In this document: positions 53,169-64,000 of the stretch, piece by piece
How the letters are laid out: the number at the start of each line of letters is the position of its first letter
How positions within the stretch are numbered: the first letter of the stretch is position 1
Assembly (NCBI GenBank): GCA_028534125.1
Contig: CM052816.1
Coordinates: 46,316,001 to 46,380,000 of the forward strand
Length of the DNA stretch: 64,000 bases
Direction of reading: 5' to 3'
From: Lama glama
Taxonomy: Eukaryota
Translations under genes and position numbers: made by a program
The notes under the pieces: model-generated
Seen by the model: the letters and a program-made list of their open reading frames with translations, nothing else
Database searches by the model: none
Told to the model about the DNA's origin: nothing

Positions 53169-54249
53169 CTCATTGTTACAATTTGGTTTTGTGTAAAAGA
53201 AATTCTGAGACTGCCTTCAAATGACATAATCTCCTCAAGGAATAGGGAATCAGGTCTATAAGTCTATGGCCAAGATTACTGATGACTTCCTCGTCAATAG
53301 AATGTCCACATGTTTCATGAACTAAACCAGAATACTTCTGATAGTGCAAGGTCATTAAGAATTACACTGGAAAATCAGGGGTAAACAGTATTGTCCAGAG
53401 CAAACTACAGTGTATGATCACCCAGCTCATCCTCCACAATGGATCCCTATGGGCCACACGTTATAAAGATGTCAATTTACTCATATGAATTAACCCATTA
53501 TTTCTCACTGGAAGTGTGTTGGGACATGAAGAAAACATCGCAGAACTGGACTAGTACACATATCGTGTCTTTTAATTGGACGTGGAGGGGACAAACTCTA
53601 GTTAAAGGGTCCAGATTAACTGAAAACAAATGTTAATGAACTATTTTCAGCTATTCATCCTACTGTGAAGCCAAAATCATTCCAGGAAATGGGTATGAGA
53701 GACACATCTATCCCTAGTGCTCAGAGTCTAGTTATAAGAGATTCTTCTCAAGAATCTCTGGGTTTGTGGTATTTTTATCCATCATTCTGGATAGTCTGTC
53801 ACTTTAATCCATAACCTGTGACAGTTGACAGCTGTCAGTTGGGAGGACTGGCTCTGGCTAAAGGCCAAACATAAAGAACAAGGCTGAGTGTGAGAGCCCA
53901 GGCTGACAAACAATTCCCACTTTCTCCAAAGGCCATGAACATGTTGTTATTTTTGAAAATCACCACTGTCTATGACAGAATCTAACACCAAAGTTTACCT
54001 TTTTCCTCACTGCCATATGTTTTGGTACAATTTTCTTCTGAAGCGTATTTCCATCTGAAGACTCTATTAAATTGTACTTTATTTGTCTGGAAACTTCCAA
54101 AGATGCCTAATGCTCAACTAAGGAGAACAAAGGCACTAGAAGAATTTGGGTTAGTAGTAACTACTAGAAACATTTCTAAACACCCACAATCTAAATTATA
54201 ATTCCTTTGTTGATTTCTGAAGTCTTCTTTTCCTAAGTGAGTTTACAAG

Positions 54250-54478
54250 AAGCAGTGCGTCACGCTAGTTCAAAACATAGATGTTTGAGTCAGCCTAAGC
54301 TAAAATCCTGCTCTACCACTTCCTAACTGCAACACTGAGCATATCAACTACCTGTAAAATGAGTTTAATATCAGTAATTACCTCGTGGCTGCTTGGATAT
54401 TTATCTAGTTAACGCGTTTAAAGTGCTCAGAGTAGTACCTGGCATACAGTAAGAGCTTTTTAAGTGCCTGCTATTTAC
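54250..54478 (+). mobile_element. MIR SINE
   Basis: 'aaatcctgctctaccacttcctaactg...cctgtaaaatgag...tacctcgtgg...aaagtgctcagagtagtacctggcatacagtaag'. Confidence 0.85.
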
Positions 54479-54639
54479 AGTCTGAAGAGGGACACAAGAT
54501 ATAAAACTTCTCTGTATATAGAGCCAATCAAACACAGGGAGTACAAAACTAAACATATCTTCTGTAAAAACTTGAGCCTTTTCACAGCATCCTGATCTTC
54601 ATTAGGTATATCTTTCTCTTCTATGCACCCAGCCTCCAT

Positions 54640-55300
54640 ATCTCAGTCTTCATCCTGTACCCCCTTTCTCTTCTCCGTCACATCTAACAGTATTCCAGTC
54701 TTCTTCCAAAATCAGTTCCCTTCTTTTTCTTCCCACCGTCACTGGCCTAACTCAGACTCTCTTTACCCATTGCCCAAATAATTCTAAGCTTTCCTAACTT
54801 GTCTTTGTATCTCCAGACCATTCCCTTCAAAGCCATTTTACAGTTTATAGAACACTTACGTTCAAATCCTGCTGTGGATCCTCCTGCCCCAAACAGTCTC
54901 TAACTGACCCACCATAGCATTTAATAATTTTATAAGGTTCCAACCCGTCTTTCTCTTCTCATCGTCCTCCACCTTCATGCCTCAGATAAGCTAGATAACT
55001 AACTGCATTTTGGCACCTTAATATTTTTCTCACACTCTTTCAGCTAAGCTGAATGCGCCTGTGTTCTTCATTTTCTGGATATCAAAGCTTTACCCATTTT
55101 CAAGGCCCAGCAGAGATGCAAATTTCTATATAAAATTATTTTTTGAGTTTAAGTGCTCTTCCCTCCTTGGAGGTTCTATGACTAGTACATTTGTGAGAGT
55201 TCATTACGTTGCCTCTAGGTTACAGTTTCTTATTAAGACTTCCTCGAGGTCTTAATCCATGTTTCCTACATCTCTTCGCTCTTCCTAGTAAATTCCCCCC
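54640..55300 (+). mobile_element. L2 LINE fragment
   Basis: Pyrimidine-rich L2 text ('ttcctaacttgtctttgtatctccag', 'ttttcaaggcccagc'). Confidence 0.6.
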
Positions 55301-55949
55301 TCTTACACATTGGGAACTACTGGGCCACTGAACATGGTTGTGAAATTTTTGCACTGCTCTGAGGAGTGGACCTACAAAAGTTAAAGTCTAGCCCATCCTT
55401 TGCCTGGTCACACCATATGACACTGGCCTGTGTCACCACAGAGGGGGAGCTTCTTTCTAATCAGTCTACCCAGAGTCTGCCAAAAAAGACTGCCTCCTTC
55501 CTTCACTCCCTCCAGTAGACAAGCTACGCACCCTTGGAAGGAGAAGCTTTTTTCTAATTCACACACAGGTGCAGTTTTGGCTAGCAGTGACTCTGGACAT
55601 GGACAATAGGTTCTTAAACAAATCAAGATTGTCACAGACTTGTGACAGAAGATGTTAATGAGGCTATGGCTATGGCAGAAAGCAGACACCCTCCTTCACC
55701 AAGTGGATCACATAGGATAGTGATGATTCACAAGAAAGTAACACGACCACATAAGCAACTGTATCTCCTGGTTGTAAAGTGCCTGCATGAGTTAGAATCG
55801 GACAGGCCACAGTAGTAAAAAAGTTGAAGTCTATATAATGGCTCAAATATGAATGAATTTTATCTCTTGCTCACATAATATTCCAATGAGAATGTTCTTG
55901 GTTGCAAGTAGCTCTCCTCCATGTGGTGATTCAGAGATGAATTTGCAAG

Positions 55950-56470
55950 GTGGATAAGAGAGGAGGTTTTGTATAAAGGCACCAAGGCAGGAGAAATTAT
56001 AACAGGTTCAGACAAGTGTCAGCAGTTTTGTCTAGCTAGTGCACTGGAGCATGATGGAGTGTGGCAGAAGAAAAGGTGAACAAGATAGGCAGGGCTCAGA
56101 ACGTGAGTCTATTTAAAGGTCCTGGAAAGAAACAAACTTTGTTCTTCAAATGGTGGGAAGCCACTGGAGATTGTTCCTTGGTTTACTGATGGTGTCATTA
56201 TTGTTTTTTCATCAAGATGGTTAAGGTCATTTTATAGATATGTAGAAAATTAGCACTACCAGTAGGATGTAAGCTGATTTGGATTGATGTGAACAGAAAG
56301 GCAGGATTGCAAACAAGGAAAATTTGATGTTCAAAATAAGAGTGGTGGAGAGGGACAGGAAGGGAGAAGTAAAAGAGTGATTTAGGAAGCAGTTCAGAGG
56401 AGGGTTGGTGATTATTTAAATTCAAGGGGTTTGAAAGAAAAAGTTGACGATGCCCTAGCTTCTGACCAAA
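55950..56470 (-). mobile_element. L2 LINE fragment
   Basis: 'aagataggcagggctcaga', 'atggtgggaagccactggagatt', 'ggtcattttatagat'. Confidence 0.55.
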
Positions 56471-58225
56471 CTGAAGTCTGTGTCTGTGCCTACAAAATTA
56501 AAAGTTATTCATTTCTACTTTAACACTGAATACACTTGTGCTATATAATAAGATTTTAAAATTCTGGTCACTAGTGCACAAATTGAAGGAAAATAAATGC
56601 CTTTCTACTACTCATCCTCTAGAGGCCACGTGGAACGTAAGAATGCATCATATTGTCAAAATAAAAGTATCCAGGATCCCTACTGGTTAAGAAGCAAAGT
56701 AACTGGCAAGAAATGACTCTACCCTTTAAACGATGGTTGTCTGACTGAAACATCACTAGGAAAAACAAACACCTACTGGAGCCTCAAAATAGAATTCGCT
56801 TCACCTATTTTCAAGTTGCTATTCAGTATTCATTATCTTTGTTTTACAAAGAATTGGAATTTGAAACTTTGCAACCATCAATAAAAATCAACAAATACTA
56901 GAAGTGTCCTCGCCGTTCCGCCCAGCATTATAAAGTGAGCAGAATTCACAAAGGCTTGTGCTTGCTGCTCTATTTTCCCAGCAGTGTCGGAAAGGCACAC
57001 TGGCCTCTTGAATCCATCTCCCAGGATTAAAGAAAACTGGAAACGCTTCGACTCGTCACTGAGTCGTCACTGCCATATGAGGCTGGCTGAAGATGGCACT
57101 CCGAGATGAACTGGCACAGCTCTGCAGCCCTGGAGTGGTATTTCTTAACGGGGCTGGATGTCATATGTAGTTTTGTGTATTGCTCTGTGCTTCTTAAATC
57201 AAGTTGCCCAATTTAAGCCAAACAAATGTTCTGTTTTCCTCTGTCCCCTCAAATTGCACAAATCTTTTACTTGGTCAAATCATACCCCCTCTGACTGCCT
57301 TCCACAAATTTCCCACGATGCTGAAAAACCTTTCATTATAGTAGACATTAATAAAGTATTACATTCGGTATGCTTTAAGTGACTCATTATTTTTATTTAT
57401 TTTAATTATATTGTTTCTATAGTTGTTAACTGTTTAAATTTTTTAAGTGAGTAAATCAGTGAAAGTTTGTAAACCTGTATAAAATAAGTGGCTATCACTG
57501 AAAACAAAAATGGTCCTCAGAACTTAAATCAGTCTCTAGGTTGCTTTACATCTGGAAGACCATTTACCTACATTAAATTATATCTACAGTTTAACCAAAG
57601 AACGCCTATGTCACACTGAATTTTGTGTAAGAGGAGAGAGCAACTGGAGAAGAACACTAGGTGTCGGGCATTTCCTCCAACATGATGAGCAGGCAAGTTC
57701 TCAAACTACCGCAGGTTTGTTCCTTATTAGAGTCAGATTTGACAAATTTCAGGATGATTATCAGTGCATTTGTCTTATAATTTTAACCTTCTATTTGAAC
57801 TCAGAAAGGTACTACTACTGCTTTAGATCATTTCTAAGATTTGCCACCAATTAGTCAAACGCAAGTCCATGGTCATGCCTTGTTTCTCCTGTGTTCCTAG
57901 ACCTCAGCCCCTCAAGGCCTACCAGGCAAATTTCTGGCAAAATTGGGCTCATTAATAATTCCCAGCATATGGCACCACAAGGAAAAGAGCTGCATTTTGA
58001 CAGTGACATAGAATAACATGTAAGTTATTGGCAGCTCATAAATCATACCAATCAACTGGCATCTAAGGATACCTGAAGTCATGCAGAAAGGCAAGATATG
58101 TGATCTAAAGAATACCTGAGCCTATAATAAATTCTAACGATATTTTAAATGTCTGTAAAGTTTCAAAGTGGGCAAGAGTAAAGTTCTGACCCAGGAATTA
58201 AAACTGGATGAAATGGCTAAACTGG

Positions 58226-58584
58226 TGTTACGTTCTGAATGTCTGTGTCTCCTCAAAATTCTTATGTTAAAATTCTAACCCTCAATGAGATGGTATTAGG
58301 AGGTGGGGCTTTGGGGGATAATTAGGTCATGGGGTGTAACCCCCCTGAATGAGATCAGTGCCCTTATAAAAGAGACCCCAGAGAGCTCTCTCACCCCTCT
58401 GCCATGTGAGGACACAGTGAGAAGATGGCCCTCTACGAATCAGGAAGAAGGCCCTGATCAGACACCGACTCTGCCAGGGTCTTAGTCTTAGACTTCCCGG
58501 CCTCCAGAACTGTAACAAATGTTTGTTGTTTAAGCCACCCAATCTATGGTACTTTGGTTATAGCAGTCCAAAAGGACTAAGACA
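58226..58584 (+). mobile_element. Complete MaLR solo LTR (MLT1A-like)
   Basis: TG...CA termini; 'tgaatgtctgtgtctcctcaaaattcttatgttaaaattctaacc...ccttataaaagagaccccagagagc...cctccagaactgt...ttgtttaagccacccaatctatggta...gactaagaca'. Confidence 0.92.
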
Positions 58585-60229
58585 TTTGTAAAACAGGGCA
58601 CCCTGGGGAATACCTCACCTGGATTCCCCATCCTTTTACTACCCCTCAATATTTTGGGAGGTTTCTATTATAAAGCCTACACTCCAGACTTAAGGCCTCT
58701 CCCTACTTCCTATTTCCTGGTGAGGGCTCACCCTGGCTGTGCCATGACACCACTGCATATTCATAATCTCTGTCATGGCAGCTGCTCAGCAGATCTCTAC
58801 CCTGTATATCCACAAAGCTCTCTCTTCTCATCAGAACGCTTTGCTGATTTCTGGCCTTTAGCAGTTTCCTTCAGGTAATTCTTGATGTCACTTTCCCTTT
58901 CCAAGTCTCTCTTTGAGCCTGACCTGTGGACATTTTGGAGAGTATTAGCCTCCTTCCACCCTTTTTCAGTATGGTCACTTTCCAGCCTCTTCAATCACCA
59001 AGAGAAGTAGGTGGGGGAAGGAAGCATTCTGTTTGTTTTTCATTGCAAGCCCCAGGTCTGGTTCCTTTGGAAACAGATGAAAATTCTGCAGTCACTGGAT
59101 CAGTCCATTTTGCCTCAGATAAACCTTCTCAGATCTGAGAAATAAATCTTTTCTTCACTTTTTAACATTTAGTTTTCTTTACTGTGGTCAGTGTTGTTTA
59201 GCTTCATTTTTCCCCTCATTCCTCTCTTTGCTTTCATTCCTTCTCTGAAGCTTTGCTCCCTGCTAAGTCTCTTTATCATCCGTCTCTACAGCCAGCTTAC
59301 CTTTCCGAGCCAGTGGTGTCAAGGCAGAATGCGTACGGGCACTGTCGATCCTACACGGTGCCGCTTGGGATTAAGTGCTGATGCCCGCCAGATACTCAGT
59401 CATGAGCAGAGCAAAACCTGGGTGGCCCTACCATCTCTAAATTAAAGTGCTCTCATCCCAACTCTCTATTCCCCATTGTGCTATTTGAGCTCAAACGGAA
59501 AGCCTCAGAGTCGGCTAGAGGCAAGGCACGGCCTCTGCCTTTTTCTAAGCCTCTTACCTAGCTTTCTTCTAAGGCTTGGGCTCAACCCTGAATGCCCAGC
59601 CTCACCTCCTCGTGGTCTAACACCCTGCCCAGCACTTGCTCGTCCCTTGGCTCCTACCCCATCAGTCACTGTCTGCTCTGGTTCTGCTCTTAAGGAGAGG
59701 CTGTCTTCAAATGCAAAAGCAGCTGTGTCAGAGAACTCTCTAGCATTCCAAGTGCACACCATGACCAGCCCCCATATTTTCTGGGACCCAATAAGAGTTT
59801 GGACAATATTCTGAGTATTTTGCACCTTAGTCAGGCACTTGAGCCAACCTGGCCAGTGCCCTTTGCCCTTCTGTGTGGTTCAAGCTCACTCTCCTCACAG
59901 TCAGCCAGAGTATTAACAGGTCAGCCAGAGTTCATGTCGTATCTCACATCCAATCTAGATCCTGTGTATTCTCTCTGCTGAATTCACTTTTCCCTAGATA
60001 CTAGCTGGCAACCTGTTTGTCTCCTCTTTCCTCTTAATCTCTCTTTTAAATGCATCCTCCTCGCTCCCCTTACCACACAACACAAACCAGCTCAATAGAG
60101 AACGTTAACTAGTTACTAATGTTGAATAACTAGTTAGCTAAGTCTTTAACAAAATACACTTACATCACTATCTTTGAAGTTTTTCCCCCTTTGTCTTGTT
60201 TCTTCACAGCTCAAACTTGACTTAAGTAG

Positions 60230-60460
60230 AGTTAATATTTCTATTTACTGACTACTCACTATTTGCTAGTCATAAGGCTTATAACTCAGTACTTGTTCAA
60301 CTTTCACAGTGTCTGTATGAGACACCATTTTAACCCCACTTTGTCTGGAAGAACATTAGACTTGGAGAGATTAAGTAACTTGCCTCAGGTCAATGAGATA
60401 ATAACTGATAGAGTCAAGATCTGAACACCGAGTTCCTCTCTTATCCTCGGTTACACTCAG
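60230..60460 (-). mobile_element. MIR SINE
   Basis: 'ttttaaccccactttg...gacttggagagattaagtaacttgcctcaggtca...gagtcaagatctgaacacc'. Confidence 0.75.
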
Positions 60461-63311
60461 TATTGCATGTCCTGAAAGAAGTGCTCCTTATCCTGCACAG
60501 CCTTTTAAGTCCCATTTAGGTATCAGTTTCCCAGGAGATAATTATTTTACGCATTCACCAAAGACTTTCTGAACGCTTAGTAAGTGCCAATGATTGTACT
60601 AAGCTCTGGGGACTGTATCAGTTAACTAAAGAGGTAGCAGCCCCTCAGAACCAGCCATGCTCAGGTACAGACGCTGCTATTCTGGTTTAAGGTAAACAAG
60701 TTCCCCAAAAGAAGATATTCAGCACCCTGGGGAGCATGAGGCTCCTCCTCAGCTGGCTCCAAGCACAGATGGCCATATTGCCATCCTCTGTGGCTGAGGC
60801 ACTCACCACAATTTCTGCGTTTGTTCATGAATGGGTATTTGGCATTTAAAGTTAATCTACTGAGAACCTGGAATGTCGGAAGCAGAAAGAGCAATTGAGG
60901 TTATCTGGCTTAACTGTCTTACTTCAGAAATTAAATAAATAACATCTGAGAAGTTAACTTTTTCACGATGACAGAGACATGCAGTGAAAGAATCACAGAC
61001 TTCTTAAATACAGTTGTCCCAACTCCCCATCCAGTGCTTTCACTTACACGTCACATAGTCTCTTGGGTAAAGAATAGGGTCCAGGTCAAAACCAAAGTTC
61101 CATGGCTGTAGGCAAAAATCCCACGACTGTGCCTCAATGTCTCAGAACAAAGCTCCTTCATTTAAGCCACTGCCCATAAGGCATTTCCTCTAGAGTTTTT
61201 CAAAGTGGTATCTAACCATCAGGCAATGGGAACTATGCAGATTTACAGGGCTAGCACATACTACTACTGACCGTATCCAACAGTGTAAGGTCTTAGCAAT
61301 ATCTCCTATTAGAAATGGGGGAGAAACCCAGAAAAACTGGAGAACTCCAACTTCCCTATCAAGCCCACTAATTAATCAACATTACCACATGTTTCTGTTT
61401 CTTTTCCAGACTCTCTTTATTCATACACATCTAGGCAACATTCTTGGTTGGCTTCTTTGGGTGTTTTGTTTTGTTTTGTTTTGTTTGCCACTCAGGATAC
61501 TAGGTTAGCATGAGTCAGTTCCATATAGTCACCACATTCTCTTATCAGTTTAGCACTTTTGCAGTTTATCCTGGTGCTTAAGGTATAATCGTCTCCTCCC
61601 TGCCCCCACTCCGCCCCTTGCAGTGTGAAGTTAGTTGCTTTGTTTTTTCCTTCTGACACACTTGCTTTGTGCTATATTTAACTCCCGTACATCAGCATTA
61701 ATATCCAGCCGTACAAGTGAAGTTGCCGCTGTGCATTACTTCCACCAGGTACAGTAGGGGTTTATTCTGCTAATTCCTTTTGGGGATAGTGAAACAGATG
61801 CAAATACAATAAGAAGAAAAGGGCTGAACTTTCTCGCCACAGTATATTGAATAGAAATCTTTATAAGGCTTTTATGTGCATGAGTTTACTCCTTGGCTTT
61901 TTTACCTACTTTTTGCCTTTGGTTCTGGCTGGCACACAAAGCAACTTACAAAAAGGGAGGCTGTAAAATAAATGTTCCCCTGAAAAGAACATGCTCTTAA
62001 CATAAAAAGAAACACAGAAGACTCACAACATAAATTACTGTTATAAGATTCTCAACCACCTAGAACAATACCTAGTACATAGTGGGGCCTCAAAAATTTT
62101 GTTTAATGAATAAAACCAGATGTAATTTCTTCCCTTCTGGCTCATCTTCCTTTGGCTGGATAGGGATTCCATACATGTTGAGAAGGGAAAGACCATGAAC
62201 CAGAAAGGGGGTGTAGTCATTACAGGCTACTTATTTATTTGTCTAATTCCTTCTCTTTTTATGTTTTATGAAGTCTCCTTCTCCTCCTCCTCCACCTCCT
62301 CATCCTTCTTCTTAATACCAGTCTCTGTTTTCACTTGTTTTTTTTTTTTTAAATCTGTTTAAGCACTCAGGCCCACAGTAGGGCTTTTGTTTTCTTTTGT
62401 TTTGTTTTAATGCAATAAATCACTACCCCATTAGAACAAAACATTGATTTGTCCAAGGTTTTTTATCCAAGTAAAAAAGCACATTTTTGGTCTTGGTTTA
62501 ACTTTGCTTTTGTGAGAAAAGGAATCACAAAAGCAATAGTTATTTGATTCTTAGGTGGTAAACATTTTTTTAATAAATATGCTAAATATGTAAGACAGAT
62601 TACAATTTTATTCAATTAAGAAAATGGGGATGGTTTGTGGGAGAGGAGAAGAGAGGAAGAAGGCTAAAAAGCACTGGGAGGGTAGAAACATTCATATGTA
62701 ACAGAAAAAGATGAGAAAGAGAGGTAAGTAGAATGGGAGAAAAGTGGACTTGAGACAAAAATTCACAGGAAGCTAATGGCTCAAAAGAAGGGGAGTTCTA
62801 CACATACCCTCAAAGGTCTTCCTGCAGAACTTTTGTGGGAAGGGTGAACAAATGAGGGAAGTGGTGGTCCTCTCTGAATCAAACCCTCCAGGAACACTGA
62901 GGCTGTTCTATGAATCTATCCCACCCATGAATCTTACTTCCAGCCTCTTGGTCCTAGAGCTGCTTCAGGGAGGAAGCCGACTAGAGCTAGAGGAGGCTTC
63001 TAGGATGATGTCCAAAGTCAGAGAAGTCTGTGCAGAAGCAGTTCCATTTGGTGCAAATGAAAGTGCACTCAACTCAGGGAACGTTCAGCTAATAAAAAAT
63101 CTACCCACTAAAGAAAAGTCTAGCTGGGATCGATAGTGAACATGTACAGTGACAGAGAGCCCATGTCCATTCTAACTGGCCATTGCTAATGCTTTGTTTG
63201 TAAATATTTTGAGCATCACTAGCTACTCTGGAATAGTAACAACAACAACAAAAAGATATTTTAGATTACATGTACCTCTAATTCTTTTAAATACATCAGT
63301 TCAAGCAAGTT

Positions 63312-64000
63312 AGTTTGATTCATTCATTTATTCATCCAGCAAATGTTTACTGAGTGCTTACTATTGCCAGGCAATGTGCTAAGCAATGGGAAATAAGGTT
63401 TGAGATAAAACTGATAGCCCGATCTAGGAGGTACTTGTAGGTCATGCTTAGGAAAGTATATTTGGGCCTATTTTTAATAGGGAGTCAGTGAAGAATTTTG
63501 AACAGAAGAGTAGTGCAGTCAGATTTCTATTCGAACACATTGCCCTGATAGCCAGATATAATTACAGACTAGTTAACATGCTGTTGCAATACTATAGGTA
63601 AGAACGATGATCACTTTAACCAAACCTGCAACAGAGACTTGTTCAAAGATTCTTAAAAACGGAAACAACAGGACATGGGGCCACTTTCAGTGCCAAGAGT
63701 GAGAGGAGCAAAGGGGGTGGGAGGATTACTGGGTTCCTGAATGGAATGCAAGGCATGTACAAGACTGTGGGATTGCTTCAGAAGGCGTGATCTCGTCAAG
63801 GGGAGAGAAGGGCATGAGGAGGGCAAGGAGAAGAGGAGCGTGCCGAGGGGAGATTAGGAGAAAAGAAGAGCTGAGAAGGCTGAAGAAGATGCGCAGCAGG
63901 AGAGACTGAGAAGGTGGTTGGAGGGTTAGGAAGAGGGTGTGGGCAGGGCGTGGAAGTGGAGATAGTACCTTGTACAGAGGATTGGTCTGACTATGAAAGG
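63312..64000 (-). mobile_element. L2 3' end and body, running off the window
   Basis: 'ttcattcatttattcatccagcaaatgtttactgagtgcttactattgccaggcaatgtgctaagc' followed by purine-rich reverse L2. Confidence 0.8.

Noticed and set aside
52884..58878. Paralogous gene pair sharing the peptide GGFYYKAYTPDLRPLP
   Set aside because: The shared peptide is simply the translation of the inverted duplication, and one ORF starts inside the LTR
62852..63136. 94-aa ORF
   Set aside because: No recognisable homology and no convincing splice signals; this length is expected by chance
1..64000. Prokaryotic-type systems (CRISPR arrays, operons), NUMT or intact retroviral ORFs
   Set aside because: The sequence is mammalian repeat-rich DNA; I saw no regularly spaced repeats, mitochondrial genes or ORFs over 150 aa

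Overview
AT-rich, CpG-depleted eutherian genomic DNA, very probably camelid: it carries one tRNA-derived SINE of the camelid type, an artiodactyl-style L1 3' UTR, and no Alu, Bov-A/BovB, PRE1 or CAN SINE that I could see. The window looks like a large intron or intergenic region made of decayed L1, L2, MIR, MaLR/ERVL LTRs, DNA-transposon relics and microsatellites. I recognise no protein-coding gene; the ORF track is mostly repeat-derived or chance ORFs. The best-supported unusual structure is a 236-237 bp, ~98% identical inverted duplication (52932-53168 vs 58505-58740) that spans an LTR end plus unique flank and looks like a recent templated insertion. Weaker leads are a candidate promoter/first exon with a Cys-string ORF (~30228-30357), several candidate exons or microexons on both strands, and TALE-homeodomain motif clusters. 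I found no convincing new biological system. Repeat names and boundaries are by eye and from memory, so they are approximate.
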